A stretch of 64,000 nt of DNA from Candidatus Bathyarchaeota archaeon (lineage in GTDB: Archaea > Thermoproteota > Bathyarchaeia > Bathyarchaeales > Bathycorpusculaceae): contig CAVTBV010000006.1 in the NCBI GenBank assembly GCA_963733095.1, forward strand, positions 74,971 through 138,970. The letters are read 5' to 3'. Shown here one piece after another: positions 48,159-57,349 of the stretch. The notes under the pieces were generated by a model. It made no database searches. It saw only the letters and a program-made list of their open reading frames with translations, and was not told the DNA's origin. Position numbers and translations under genes: made by a program. The first letter of the stretch is position 1. Each line of letters begins with the position of its first letter.

Positions 48159-49109
48159 ATGGTAGATATAATTCAAATTATAGCAATAATTGTACCCATA
48201 GTAGTACTCGTATATGCCTTTCTCTCTGCACTACGGATAGTTAGACCCACCGAAAAAGGCTTAGTTGAACGCCTCGGCAAATACCACCGCTTCGTGCACG
48301 GGGGCATAACTTTTCTTGTGCCCTTCGTGGATCGCATTATAAAAGTCAACATCACCGAACGCATGACGCCAGTACAGCGTCAAGACGTCATCACAAGGGA
48401 CAAAGTCTTCATGGGTGTCGACGCCGTTGTATTCTACAAGGTTAAACCGGATGAAATTTCTGTGAAAGCCTCGCAGTATTATGTAAATAACTATGAATCC
48501 CAAATTGACACTTTGGCAAGGACGGTTCTCAGAGATATCATAGGCGGCATGGACATGACTGTAGCAAACACATCCCGACCAACAATAAACCAAAAACTCA
48601 AAGAAGCCTTAGATGAGCAGACCAGAGATTGGGGAATTGAAATCGTTCGAGCAGAAATCAAAGACTTAGAACCGCCCAGAGGATTAATGAGCTCTATGGA
48701 ATCGGTCCTTAAAGCCGACAACGAAAGACAAGCAGCAGAAAAAACAGCAATTGCCCAAGCAACTTTAGCAAGCGGACAGAAGAATGCTGCGATTCAAGTC
48801 GCAGAGGGACAAAAACAAGCAGCAATCCTACAAGCTGAAGGACAAAAAACCGCTACTATCGAGATAGCTGAAGGTGACGCTCAAGCCACCAAACTCCGTA
48901 ATGAGGCATTAACTACTTACTTCAAAGACAGCGCTATCACGTTCAAACAACTGGATACTATTTCCGCTTCATTGATGAACAACACAAAAATTATTGTTCC
49001 CGAAGGCAAAGCCATTTCATTGATCCTAAACGAACAGGAAAACCTATCCAAAGCAACCATACTTCCAGTTCCAACGCCGCCATCACAGAAAAGCAGCAAA
49101 CAAATGTAA
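48159..49109 (+). CDS. SPFH/band 7 (stomatin/QmcA-like) membrane protein
   Basis: GLVERLGKY, VPFVDRI, QDVITRD, WGIEIVRAEIKD and AEGQKQAAIL repeats. Confidence 0.92.
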   Translation: MVDIIQIIAIIVPIVVLVYAFLSALRIVRPTEKGLVERLGKYHRFVHGGITFLVPFVDRIIKVNITERMTPVQRQDVITRDKVFMGVDAVVFYKVKPDEISVKASQYYVNNYESQIDTLARTVLRDIIGGMDMTVANTSRPTINQKLKEALDEQTRDWGIEIVRAEIKDLEPPRGLMSSMESVLKADNERQAAEKTAIAQATLASGQKNAAIQVAEGQKQAAILQAEGQKTATIEIAEGDAQATKLRNEALTTYFKDSAITFKQLDTISASLMNNTKIIVPEGKAISLILNEQENLSKATILPVPTPPSQKSSKQM

Positions 49110-49417
49110 CATCCACAGTAAACCTCTCTTTTCTTGTTTTTGAGGTTCTTTGTTTGCGAATTGCACTTTGTAAGTTAGACAATTTCATTTCGCTAACAAA
49201 AATATCCTCTTTTTACCTCTAACCTGCCAAATATGGTAATTGGAAAAATTAGTAAACCACACTTCTCAAAAACGCTTAATTCACGTCAAGCACTATAGGC
49301 GTTGGTTAACGGGTACCGTGACGGCTAAACCAACATTAGACAGCTTGCCCGTAGCGTCGAAAGAACATAGGTGGCATAAAAATCGTAACAATACTCTTCG
49401 CAGTTGCTCCCCTATTC

Positions 49418-50896
49418 ATGCTGCTGATTGGTTTAATACTGGGCGTTGGGTTCGAGTTAGCTCCTGTGAAGCGATTAAGAAAAAAATTTTTGTTTTTGGG
49501 AGTTTTTGCTTTAATTGCAGGTCTCTGTTTAGTCATTTCTGCATGGTTCTTTAGTTCCAGTTTATCTTCTGTTTACTTCTTTGGGGATTTCTCTTCAGGT
49601 TTTGGGGCCTCGTTCTTTAATGGTTTGGGAAATAGTTTGCCCTTTGTTGAAGCACTAATTTTAATTGCTGTTTTTGAAGTTAGTTTAGCAGTGGGGTTTG
49701 TATCATCATTGAAGGTTGGAGAGTTTCAAACTAAACGTAAAAGTAAAAAAGCCGAGAAAGAAAACGTTGAGAAATCAGTCTCCGAATCAAAAAGCCCTGA
49801 GAATAATGTTTCCTTAAACGGCGGGTCAGTAACAAAGGCTTCTTCTGTTTCTATGGAGTTAGATACAGATGCTTTTGAAGATGAGCAGGGTCTGCGCAAA
49901 GACGAACAGAATATGATGGTTCTATTCCTCTATGGCAAAGTAACCCAAATCACCCCAGTGGTTGATTCCACAAGACCCGAAGGCTACTATTTTGATGGTG
50001 TTCCACAGCTAGATTGGGATACTAAACGGTCAAGGCAGGCGATTGATTCCCTTGTTAGGAAAGGGTACCTTAAAGCTGAATTAGTCGACAAAGTTATCGT
50101 TTGTACTGCTTGTGGGTCAGCGGATGTTAGGCTCAAAAAATTGTGTCCTGAATGCATGTCTTTGAGGTTGCGCAAGGAAAGCATTATCGAACATTTCTCT
50201 TGCGGCACAGTGGAGCGGCAAGTGGCGTTTGAAACGGCAGATGGCGATTTGGTGTGTCCTAAATGCAAAGCAAAGTTGCAGCTAATCGGTTCAGACTATC
50301 GCATATTGCCTCCTGCCTACGTGTGTTTAGGCTGCAATGTACGAAGTAGTGACCCTCTACTGGTGGTTAAATGTGATAACTGTGGCTCGACAGCGCAACT
50401 AGATGAGGAACCTGAAGTGTTTCTCTACAAATACACCCCGAACTCGGAATCACCAATGAAGGGGCTGCAACAGATGAGGCCCATTGAGGTTTGTGCAAAC
50501 TTCTTCAAATCCCTCGGATACACGATTGTTACGCCTGCCTTTGTAAGCGGACGATCCGAAACACAGCACCTCTTTGACCTGTTAATCTTGGGTAGAGTCG
50601 GCTGGTTAGAACCTCAAAACATGTTGGCGACAAAATCTGAATTGCGCAAAGATAACGGCACCACCGTCGTTGACATTTTGATTTCCAGCAGACTGATCAA
50701 TATAGAAGAAATGATGCGTATCTATGGCATGACAAACGACATTGACTGTGACTCGTTGATTTTTGTCATTCCCGGTTTGACTGAGAATGCACGTAACTTT
50801 GCCGCAGCCAACAACATGAAGGTAAGTGAAGGCAAAACAATCGAGGATGCCTTAGCGAATTCCAAGATACCTAAAGTCAGCTGCAAAACAGTTTAA
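49418..50896 (+). CDS. Membrane protein with TackOD1-like Zn-ribbon and restriction-endonuclease-like domains
   Basis: TM helices; CTACGS..CPEC..IEHFSCG..CPKC..GSDY..CLGC..CDNC; C-terminal VSGRSETQHLFDL...NFAAANNMKV. Confidence 0.65.
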   Translation: MLLIGLILGVGFELAPVKRLRKKFLFLGVFALIAGLCLVISAWFFSSSLSSVYFFGDFSSGFGASFFNGLGNSLPFVEALILIAVFEVSLAVGFVSSLKVGEFQTKRKSKKAEKENVEKSVSESKSPENNVSLNGGSVTKASSVSMELDTDAFEDEQGLRKDEQNMMVLFLYGKVTQITPVVDSTRPEGYYFDGVPQLDWDTKRSRQAIDSLVRKGYLKAELVDKVIVCTACGSADVRLKKLCPECMSLRLRKESIIEHFSCGTVERQVAFETADGDLVCPKCKAKLQLIGSDYRILPPAYVCLGCNVRSSDPLLVVKCDNCGSTAQLDEEPEVFLYKYTPNSESPMKGLQQMRPIEVCANFFKSLGYTIVTPAFVSGRSETQHLFDLLILGRVGWLEPQNMLATKSELRKDNGTTVVDILISSRLINIEEMMRIYGMTNDIDCDSLIFVIPGLTENARNFAAANNMKVSEGKTIEDALANSKIPKVSCKTV

Positions 50897-50905
50897 GCGC
50901 TTCTC

Positions 50906-51322
50906 TTATTTTTTGAGGTAGTCTTTTAACATTTGTTCGTGTTCAAAAGCCAAAGGTTTCGGCAACTCGTTTAGGTTGAAGAGTTTGATTTCTTGGATTT
51001 CACTTTCTTGTTTTTTGATTTCTCCGCCCACAGGTTTGACGACAAAACAGGTTGGGTAATACTCGTATTCGACATCATCTTCAACGCCCTTCTCCACGTA
51101 TTCACCTAGTTTTCTAACGATGTTTACGTCGAGTCCGGTTTCCTCCTTCACTTCCCGAACAATGGTTTGTTCGATGGTTTCGCCAGGGTCCATTCTTCCG
51201 CCTGGCAATGCCCAGTAACCCTTGAAGGGAATCGTGTTGCGTTTAATCAGTAAAATTTTGTCTTCGGGAAACGGAATTATCGCGGTCGAAGTCTTACCGG
51301 TAAACTTTTTAATCAAAATCAA
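50906..51322 (-). CDS. NUDIX hydrolase
   Basis: Nudix box GGRMDPGETIEQTIVREVKEETG. Confidence 0.92.
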   Translation of the reverse strand: MILIKKFTGKTSTAIIPFPEDKILLIKRNTIPFKGYWALPGGRMDPGETIEQTIVREVKEETGLDVNIVRKLGEYVEKGVEDDVEYEYYPTCFVVKPVGGEIKKQESEIQEIKLFNLNELPKPLAFEHEQMLKDYLKK

Positions 51323-51324
51323 TC

Positions 51325-52131
51325 CTACGTTGTTAGTTTGTATCTCCAGTTAATCACGATGGATATGGCGAAGATTATGATGCCTGCGAAAACAACCAGC
51401 GGACCAGGGAATGGAATAGAGGAGGTTGAACCTAAAAAGAGGCTCCAGACTAGAACTCCTGAGAACCCAGCCACGGCACCAAAAACTGAACTTAGCCATG
51501 AGTATCTGCGCATGTGTGAACTCAAGTTTTTTGCGGCTATCGCGGGCACGATTACGAGGAAACCTACGAGTAGTGTTCCAACTATTTGGATGCCGATGGC
51601 GACGACGATAGAGACTAGGAAAAGATAGAGGAGGTTTACTCTTGCGACTTTGATACCTTTTGAGATTGCAAGGTCCTCCGAAATCATTGCCAAGATTAAT
51701 TTGTCGTAGATGACTTTTGTTAGAACTATAGCTGCGACGCATACTGCTGCGGCTACTGCGGCGCTTAGAAGTGTTACTTGGGAAATGTCTCCGAAAAGCG
51801 CCGCCTCAAGTGCATCCAAATTATCCCCATAAATCAAAATACCGATTGCTAAAGCAAGAGTAAACATTGCGCCCACGAGTGCTTCGAAAGAAATTTTTGT
51901 TGTCCTTTGGATTTGCCAAATTATGGCTGCGGAAACAAACAAGAAGGCAAAGGCACCAAGAAACGGGTTAAAATGAAAAGAAATGCCAATAGCCAAACCG
52001 GGTAATGCAACGTGAGATAGTGCATCGCCCACCAGAGCCATCTTCTCCAAAACCATCAAAGAGCCTAAATAACCAGTGGCTACGCCCACAAATATTGATA
52101 GGGCTAAGCTGTAGAATGTCGAGTCAAGCAT
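51325..52131 (-). CDS. znuB: Zn/Mn ABC transporter permease
   Basis: ALVGDALSHVALPG, ALFGDI and VGTLLV motifs. Confidence 0.88.
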   Translation of the reverse strand: MLDSTFYSLALSIFVGVATGYLGSLMVLEKMALVGDALSHVALPGLAIGISFHFNPFLGAFAFLFVSAAIIWQIQRTTKISFEALVGAMFTLALAIGILIYGDNLDALEAALFGDISQVTLLSAAVAAAVCVAAIVLTKVIYDKLILAMISEDLAISKGIKVARVNLLYLFLVSIVVAIGIQIVGTLLVGFLVIVPAIAAKNLSSHMRRYSWLSSVFGAVAGFSGVLVWSLFLGSTSSIPFPGPLVVFAGIIIFAISIVINWRYKLTT

Positions 52132-52136
52132 AAAGG

Positions 52137-52862
52137 TCAGGCTTCTCCCCGTTCGGTTTCAACGCAGACGGTTTCACCGTAAATCTGCCTCTGGATGTCT
52201 GGTTTAGCTATTTCCCCTGAGGGTCCACAGAAGGTGACGCATTTGTTTATGGCAAGCAAGTTGTCAGCATATTCTTGGACGATGTGGATGTTGTGTGTAA
52301 TTAGGAAAATGGTTATTTTCTGTGTTTTCTTGATTTCGTTGAGCATGAGGTAGATGGGTTCTTCACTGTCCATGTCCACGCCGGTTGTAGGCTCATCCAA
52401 AAGCAGTACGTTGGGGTTGTCGTTTAGTGCCCAAGCAATCAACACCCGCCGAAGTTGCCCACCCGATAGTACTCCTAACCGCTTGTTCAAGATATTGCCA
52501 TCAGTCAACCTTACTTTTTTGAGGGCATTTTCTATGTCGGCTCCATTTCCAATGGACAAGAACTCTCTAACAGACATTGGAATGTCGGAAACTGCGACGT
52601 ACTGGGGAACATAGCCAATTTTGACTTTCTCTGTCCAATCTATTGAACCCGTGTGAGGAACCAAGTTCAGGAGTGTTTTAAGCAGGATGGTTTTTCCAGC
52701 GCCGTTTGGTCCAAGGATGGCTAATGTGGTTCCTTTCTTAACGTTGAAGCTGATGTGGTCTAGTAAGACTTGGTTCTGCAGTTTTACGCCAAGATTTGAA
52801 ACCTTCAATACGTACCCGTTTTCTTCCAAACAATAACACCTTTCGCGACCAAATTGGCACAA
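52137..52862 (-). CDS. znuC: Zn/Mn ABC transporter ATPase
   Basis: GPNGAGKT, IGYVPQ, LSGGQ and LLLDEPTTGVD motifs. Confidence 0.88.
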   Translation of the reverse strand: MCQFGRERCYCLEENGYVLKVSNLGVKLQNQVLLDHISFNVKKGTTLAILGPNGAGKTILLKTLLNLVPHTGSIDWTEKVKIGYVPQYVAVSDIPMSVREFLSIGNGADIENALKKVRLTDGNILNKRLGVLSGGQLRRVLIAWALNDNPNVLLLDEPTTGVDMDSEEPIYLMLNEIKKTQKITIFLITHNIHIVQEYADNLLAINKCVTFCGPSGEIAKPDIQRQIYGETVCVETERGEA

Positions 52863-52917
52863 AGCGCAGATAATATCAGTAAGAGGAGTGCAATAAGTAT
52901 TTTGAAACAGCCAAACA

Positions 52918-54534
52918 CTATGGTGATAATTGGTTGCTTAAAACCAGTTGCTCCTTATCGGATAGCCAGCCTTCGTGTTTGAGGGTAACTAAGCCCTTCA
53001 AAGCATTTTCAATGAATAAACTATTATCTAAAAGATTGTTTCTTTGAGCTAAACCGTTGAGTTGGCTTTCAAAAACAATGTTTTGCTTAGTTAAAGCCTC
53101 AACCTTGTCAATCAGGGTAGTTACTGCTTTGAAACGAGGTGAAAGCAAGGCTTTAATTTTTGACCTACCAACGACACTTTTGAGTTTCACAGAAAAATCA
53201 AATGGGCCAACCGTGGAAGGCGGAATTACAAGGTAACGCCTAGTTAAGCCAATTTCAAAGCACGCTAAATAAAACGGAACAAAAAACAAGCAAGGATTCT
53301 TCAACCCTTGACTTTGCATGCCCAACAACTCAAGATTGACGTTAATGGATTCTCTTAACTTGATGCTTTTGTTTAAGTCTTCAATTAGGGGCTTTTCTTG
53401 CCTCAGCAACTTTTCGTTTATCACTTTGAAGCTAGCCATTTTACTGTCGCGGTCAACTTCAAGGTCTGCGATGGGTTGACGTGCAAACTTAATCTCTGCA
53501 TCAAGACTAAAATTTAAATTGGCGATTTCATGCGCCTTTTGTTTGCTTAGCTTTTTTATATTGTTTTCAATGTTCTTTAACTCTTTCTTTAATGTGTTCT
53601 GTTCTTTTTGTGTCTGCTTGATTCTCTCTTCCCAACGTTTCTCGTAAACAGCATGCTTCTTTTCAGCTTGGGCTTCTGCTTCACGCTGGAAGAGCCTTAT
53701 TTTTTCCTTATTGTTTTCCATGAGTTTTTGCGTTTTCGTTTTTTGTTTTTGTTGCCTTTCGATTTCTTCATCAAAGCTTTTTGTTAATTCCTTAATTTTT
53801 GTTTTGTAGTCCTTAGTGAGTTTGGCTATTTTTGGGTTCACAAGTTCCTCTAGAGCCCTGATTTTCGCATCTGCTTCCTCCTTAACAGCTCCTGCTTCAA
53901 AGTCAAGCTCCATCAGGTACTGGCTTGTCGCCGCATTTACACATCTGATGCATTCAGGGAGCTTATCCTCTTCTATTTTTAGAATCATCTTGAGTTTATC
54001 AAACTCGGTCAGCATGGACGAGATTGTGAATTCTTGAAGGTCTGGCTCAAACAGACTCGCATTTGTCCCACCTGCTACTTCTGCGGCTTCTTTGAGGTAA
54101 ACATTAAATTCATTCTTAAAATCTAAGTCGGCAATTAAACCTCTTAGTATAAATTGTTTTTCTTTTACATTTTTCAAAAAAAAGTTGCTGTGGTCTGTTA
54201 GGAAGGCTTGGTATTTTTCTTGTGGTCTTGAATTTGCCTCCAAACTTTCAAGGAAGGCTCTAGCCGACGGCATCTCCACGTATGGAATGCTGCAGCTGCA
54301 ATCGCCAAACCCGTCAAAAACTAGGGCTACGTCATTTTTGGGAAACAACCACAGCGGATAGCCAATTTTTGATAGGACCACCATTCTTTCTTCAGGCTGC
54401 CGTACGATTAAGCCGCCGCCTTTGCTTCTTTCAAACTCTGCAACGGAAAAAACGGTTGCTGCCTCCACTTCGACTGCACTGTTTTTCTGTTGTAGAAAGG
54501 GCAGAATGAATCGTTTGGTTGTGGAGTTTAACAT
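52918..54534 (-). CDS. Hypothetical protein with long central coiled coil
   Basis: 538 aa; YPLW and FFVPFY motifs flank a heptad-rich region. Confidence 0.7.
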   Translation of the reverse strand: MLNSTTKRFILPFLQQKNSAVEVEAATVFSVAEFERSKGGGLIVRQPEERMVVLSKIGYPLWLFPKNDVALVFDGFGDCSCSIPYVEMPSARAFLESLEANSRPQEKYQAFLTDHSNFFLKNVKEKQFILRGLIADLDFKNEFNVYLKEAAEVAGGTNASLFEPDLQEFTISSMLTEFDKLKMILKIEEDKLPECIRCVNAATSQYLMELDFEAGAVKEEADAKIRALEELVNPKIAKLTKDYKTKIKELTKSFDEEIERQQKQKTKTQKLMENNKEKIRLFQREAEAQAEKKHAVYEKRWEERIKQTQKEQNTLKKELKNIENNIKKLSKQKAHEIANLNFSLDAEIKFARQPIADLEVDRDSKMASFKVINEKLLRQEKPLIEDLNKSIKLRESINVNLELLGMQSQGLKNPCLFFVPFYLACFEIGLTRRYLVIPPSTVGPFDFSVKLKSVVGRSKIKALLSPRFKAVTTLIDKVEALTKQNIVFESQLNGLAQRNNLLDNSLFIENALKGLVTLKHEGWLSDKEQLVLSNQLSP

Positions 54535-54588
54535 TGCGGTGTCAGGTGAAGGTATAAAGGGACTACTTTCTTAAAACTTGCCTTTAAC

Positions 54589-55962
54589 TTAGCTGTTAAA
54601 GAAGTCAGTTATCTTCTTTTGGAACAGCGCCCTCTTCAACAGTTCACTCTGCAGTATCCACCGTTGCATCGGTATCTCGAACCTACCGCTGATGAACTGC
54701 AAGGATTCAGCGAGGGACTTGAACTGGTATGGTTTTTGGCGCATAGCGTTTCGTACATTTTCGCGGACTTGCCAGACTCCGATGGGCATAATGTAGCCTG
54801 GTCTTGCTTCCCTTAGTACAATGGCTGTGGCTTGGCGGCGCTCTCTTTGGAGTTGTTCGCAGACTGCTAGGCGAGCGGAATAGTAGCAGCCGCCGATTTG
54901 GGCGTAGGTGGTGCGTCCGTTGTTGCCTTCCCAATCTGAAAAGATAGAGATGCTTGTTCCGGCAGGGTTCCAAACGGTGCCTGGGTACCATGCTTCCATG
55001 GATTCGTAGCTCCATTGGGCTGGAATCATTAGGATTTCAAAAACGTTGTCCATGTAGATTGATTCGTAGACTCGGTATTCGTTGATTTCGGGGAAGGTTT
55101 TGACTTTTTCCCGTAGGTTCTTCGAGATGATGTCGTCGACGGCAGTTATGCTCCAGCGTGTTGGAACCAGCCGCCGTTTCTTTTCAACCCCAAATGCTCC
55201 GACGCTGAAGGCTTTCTGAATTTTACTTACCATAACTCCTCGGTTGTACAGGTCCACTACAGCTTGAGTGGCTCGCAAATCCGTGTCGTAGTAGGCTTTC
55301 TCAATTTTGTCATCGTAGCGAGCATTACTTATATGAAGGTCTCGGATGGGTGCAGAAGGACCAAACGGCTGCACATCATCGTCAAGATAGATGGATCCCC
55401 GCGGCTTTTTTGTCAGGTTTAGCTCGATGTCAACGCTGGTGTCGGCAAGAGCAAGTTCTCGCGTTTGATCCAAAATCTTACCCCCATCCATGAACTTGGT
55501 AACGTTAACCCTGTGCTTACCACGTACAAGCAAGCTGCGAAAACCTACAATCTCATCCATAGACTTCCCAAACCACCGCTCAGGCAAATCATAAATTCCC
55601 GTATCCTCATGAACGGGCGGAACGAGTGGTCCAGCGTAAACGTTTGGATACCCGATTCTTCCAATAAAAACGCTTGGAGGTGACATCCCATCGATATCTT
55701 CGCTTGCCATTAGTGGAGCGCTTTTGAGGAAATAGTTGACTTTAACCATTATTGGGCAGCGGGTTTTGCCGCAGAGGGCTCGGGCTCCTTTGCAGAGAAT
55801 GCAGAGGCTGTTGTTTCTGGCGCGGGTTGTGATTTGTTGTTGCTCGATGGCGTTGCTGTTGACTTTTTGTATGATTTCCATTAGCCAGTTGCTGGGTTTT
55901 GTCGATGCTTGAGCTTTTTGGGTAAGCGTCATGTATATTAGACTATCTTGAGGTTCTCTCAT
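54589..55962 (-). CDS. nreA: Archaeal DNA repair protein Nre
   Basis: CILCKG..LCGKTRCP, SPPSVFIGRIGYP, LVPTRWSITAVD and GVWQVRENVR motifs; C-terminal PIP box QKKITDFF. Confidence 0.92.
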   Translation of the reverse strand: MREPQDSLIYMTLTQKAQASTKPSNWLMEIIQKVNSNAIEQQQITTRARNNSLCILCKGARALCGKTRCPIMVKVNYFLKSAPLMASEDIDGMSPPSVFIGRIGYPNVYAGPLVPPVHEDTGIYDLPERWFGKSMDEIVGFRSLLVRGKHRVNVTKFMDGGKILDQTRELALADTSVDIELNLTKKPRGSIYLDDDVQPFGPSAPIRDLHISNARYDDKIEKAYYDTDLRATQAVVDLYNRGVMVSKIQKAFSVGAFGVEKKRRLVPTRWSITAVDDIISKNLREKVKTFPEINEYRVYESIYMDNVFEILMIPAQWSYESMEAWYPGTVWNPAGTSISIFSDWEGNNGRTTYAQIGGCYYSARLAVCEQLQRERRQATAIVLREARPGYIMPIGVWQVRENVRNAMRQKPYQFKSLAESLQFISGRFEIPMQRWILQSELLKRALFQKKITDFFNS

Positions 55963-56030
55963 ATGGTTTTTTCTACATAAAAATGCTTAAAAACCCTGTT
56001 TTCTTGGAGTTTGAATGCGTTTTTTCCTGT

Positions 56031-56609
56031 TTACTTTTCGAATAGTATTCTGGTGATTGTTTTAAAGAATAAAACCAAACGTTTAGGCAGCATTGGCTTC
56101 AATTCATCCACCTTTCGCAAAACAAAAGGAATCGGAATACTCGCCACATTGGCATCAATAATTTTTAATTCCCCCTTGACCATTCTCAGGTTTTCTGATT
56201 TAACATCAAAAACACCATACCTGGAAACAACCCGTCTCAGCCGAGTTAGGTCTTCTTTGGATACCTGAGCTGGAAACCCATACTCCTGCAACAGACAGTA
56301 TTTGGTGTGCCAAAAAATCCTCGCAAACACCTTATGCCGTATGCTTTCGGGCACTCGCTTGTAGGCACGGTGATCGCCTTCTATGCTGTTTTTGGGTCCA
56401 ACTTTGAGAACGATTTTTTGATCAATTGAGTGAATGCCAAAGACGATTTTGTGCCAACCAACATTTGCAACATATAAGTCGGGATACTTTTTCAATATCA
56501 AGCTTCTCAGTTGGTCTATGGGGATACTATAGCTTCCGTTTGAATGCATATAGTAGTCTATTAGTTGGTCAATTTGCCTAGCAGTGTGATGGAGTGTTTT
56601 GTACTTCAC
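56031..56609 (-). CDS. Minimal protein-kinase-like-fold protein
   Basis: VGWHKIVF, IVLKV, LLQEY, DVKSEN and KIID motifs in kinase order. Confidence 0.55.
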   Translation of the reverse strand: MKYKTLHHTARQIDQLIDYYMHSNGSYSIPIDQLRSLILKKYPDLYVANVGWHKIVFGIHSIDQKIVLKVGPKNSIEGDHRAYKRVPESIRHKVFARIFWHTKYCLLQEYGFPAQVSKEDLTRLRRVVSRYGVFDVKSENLRMVKGELKIIDANVASIPIPFVLRKVDELKPMLPKRLVLFFKTITRILFEK

Positions 56610-56708
56610 GGTTTAGCACTCAAAAATATTTCTATACTAATAGACCATTGGCAAATAATAAACGCCTCAGACACACGAGACACGCCCTACTGAGCAAGAA
56701 ATTTTTCA

Positions 56709-56900
56709 TCAAACGACGTATTGGGTTGCAGTTTCTGGAAGCTGAATTTGCGTCAGGGCTGGTTCGAAACTCAATTTAGGAATATGCTCAAGAAGCCAAG
56801 CTGAGAGATCCTTGCATTTTTTAGGGTTGCAGGAGAATTTTTTGTATTTCTTATCCCACGACTGGCAGGTGCCGCAGGGAATTTCTTGGACTTGCTTCAT
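56709..56900 (-). CDS. Small Cys-rich protein
   Basis: PCGTC...CNPKKC, 63 aa. Confidence 0.55.
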   Translation of the reverse strand: MKQVQEIPCGTCQSWDKKYKKFSCNPKKCKDLSAWLLEHIPKLSFEPALTQIQLPETATQYVV

Positions 56901-56997
56901 GTAATCCTTTGATTTTTTGCGGTTAGCTTGATTTATCGTTTATGAAAACCAAGTATTGAGTCAAACTTTGAATTCGAACTATTCAAAAGATAAGTAA

Positions 56998-57075
56998 TGG
57001 CGCCCAGGCCGGGATTCGGACCCGGGTCCTGCGGGCGACAGCCGCATATACTAGACCGAACTATACTACCTGGGC
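56998..57075 (-). tRNA. tRNA-Asp(GUC), CCA encoded
   Basis: Reverse complement GCCCAGGTAGTATAGTTCGGTCTAGTATATGCGGCTGTCGCCCGCAGGACCCGGGTCCGAATCCCGGCCTGGGCGCCA. Confidence 0.93.
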
Positions 57076-57349
57076 ATAAGCGCCGCAACAATACACGATG
57101 CTTTAATTAATTAAGGTTTCTCGCAAAAAAAGTAGTTGGCTAAGAAACGACCAACCTCTGCGTACTTAATAGCTTTATTTCTCTGATTTGATGGTTCGAG
57201 AGTTGTTTCTTCAACTTTGGTCGTTTGTGTCTTTGCAATTTGTTGATATTAAAAAATATGTTAAAAGTCGGTCCTCGAGGATTAATGTTGGCAAACCCTC
57301 TTCCAATGATCCCTGCGTCAGTGAATTGATTAGCTAGAAGGTAGCTGGT

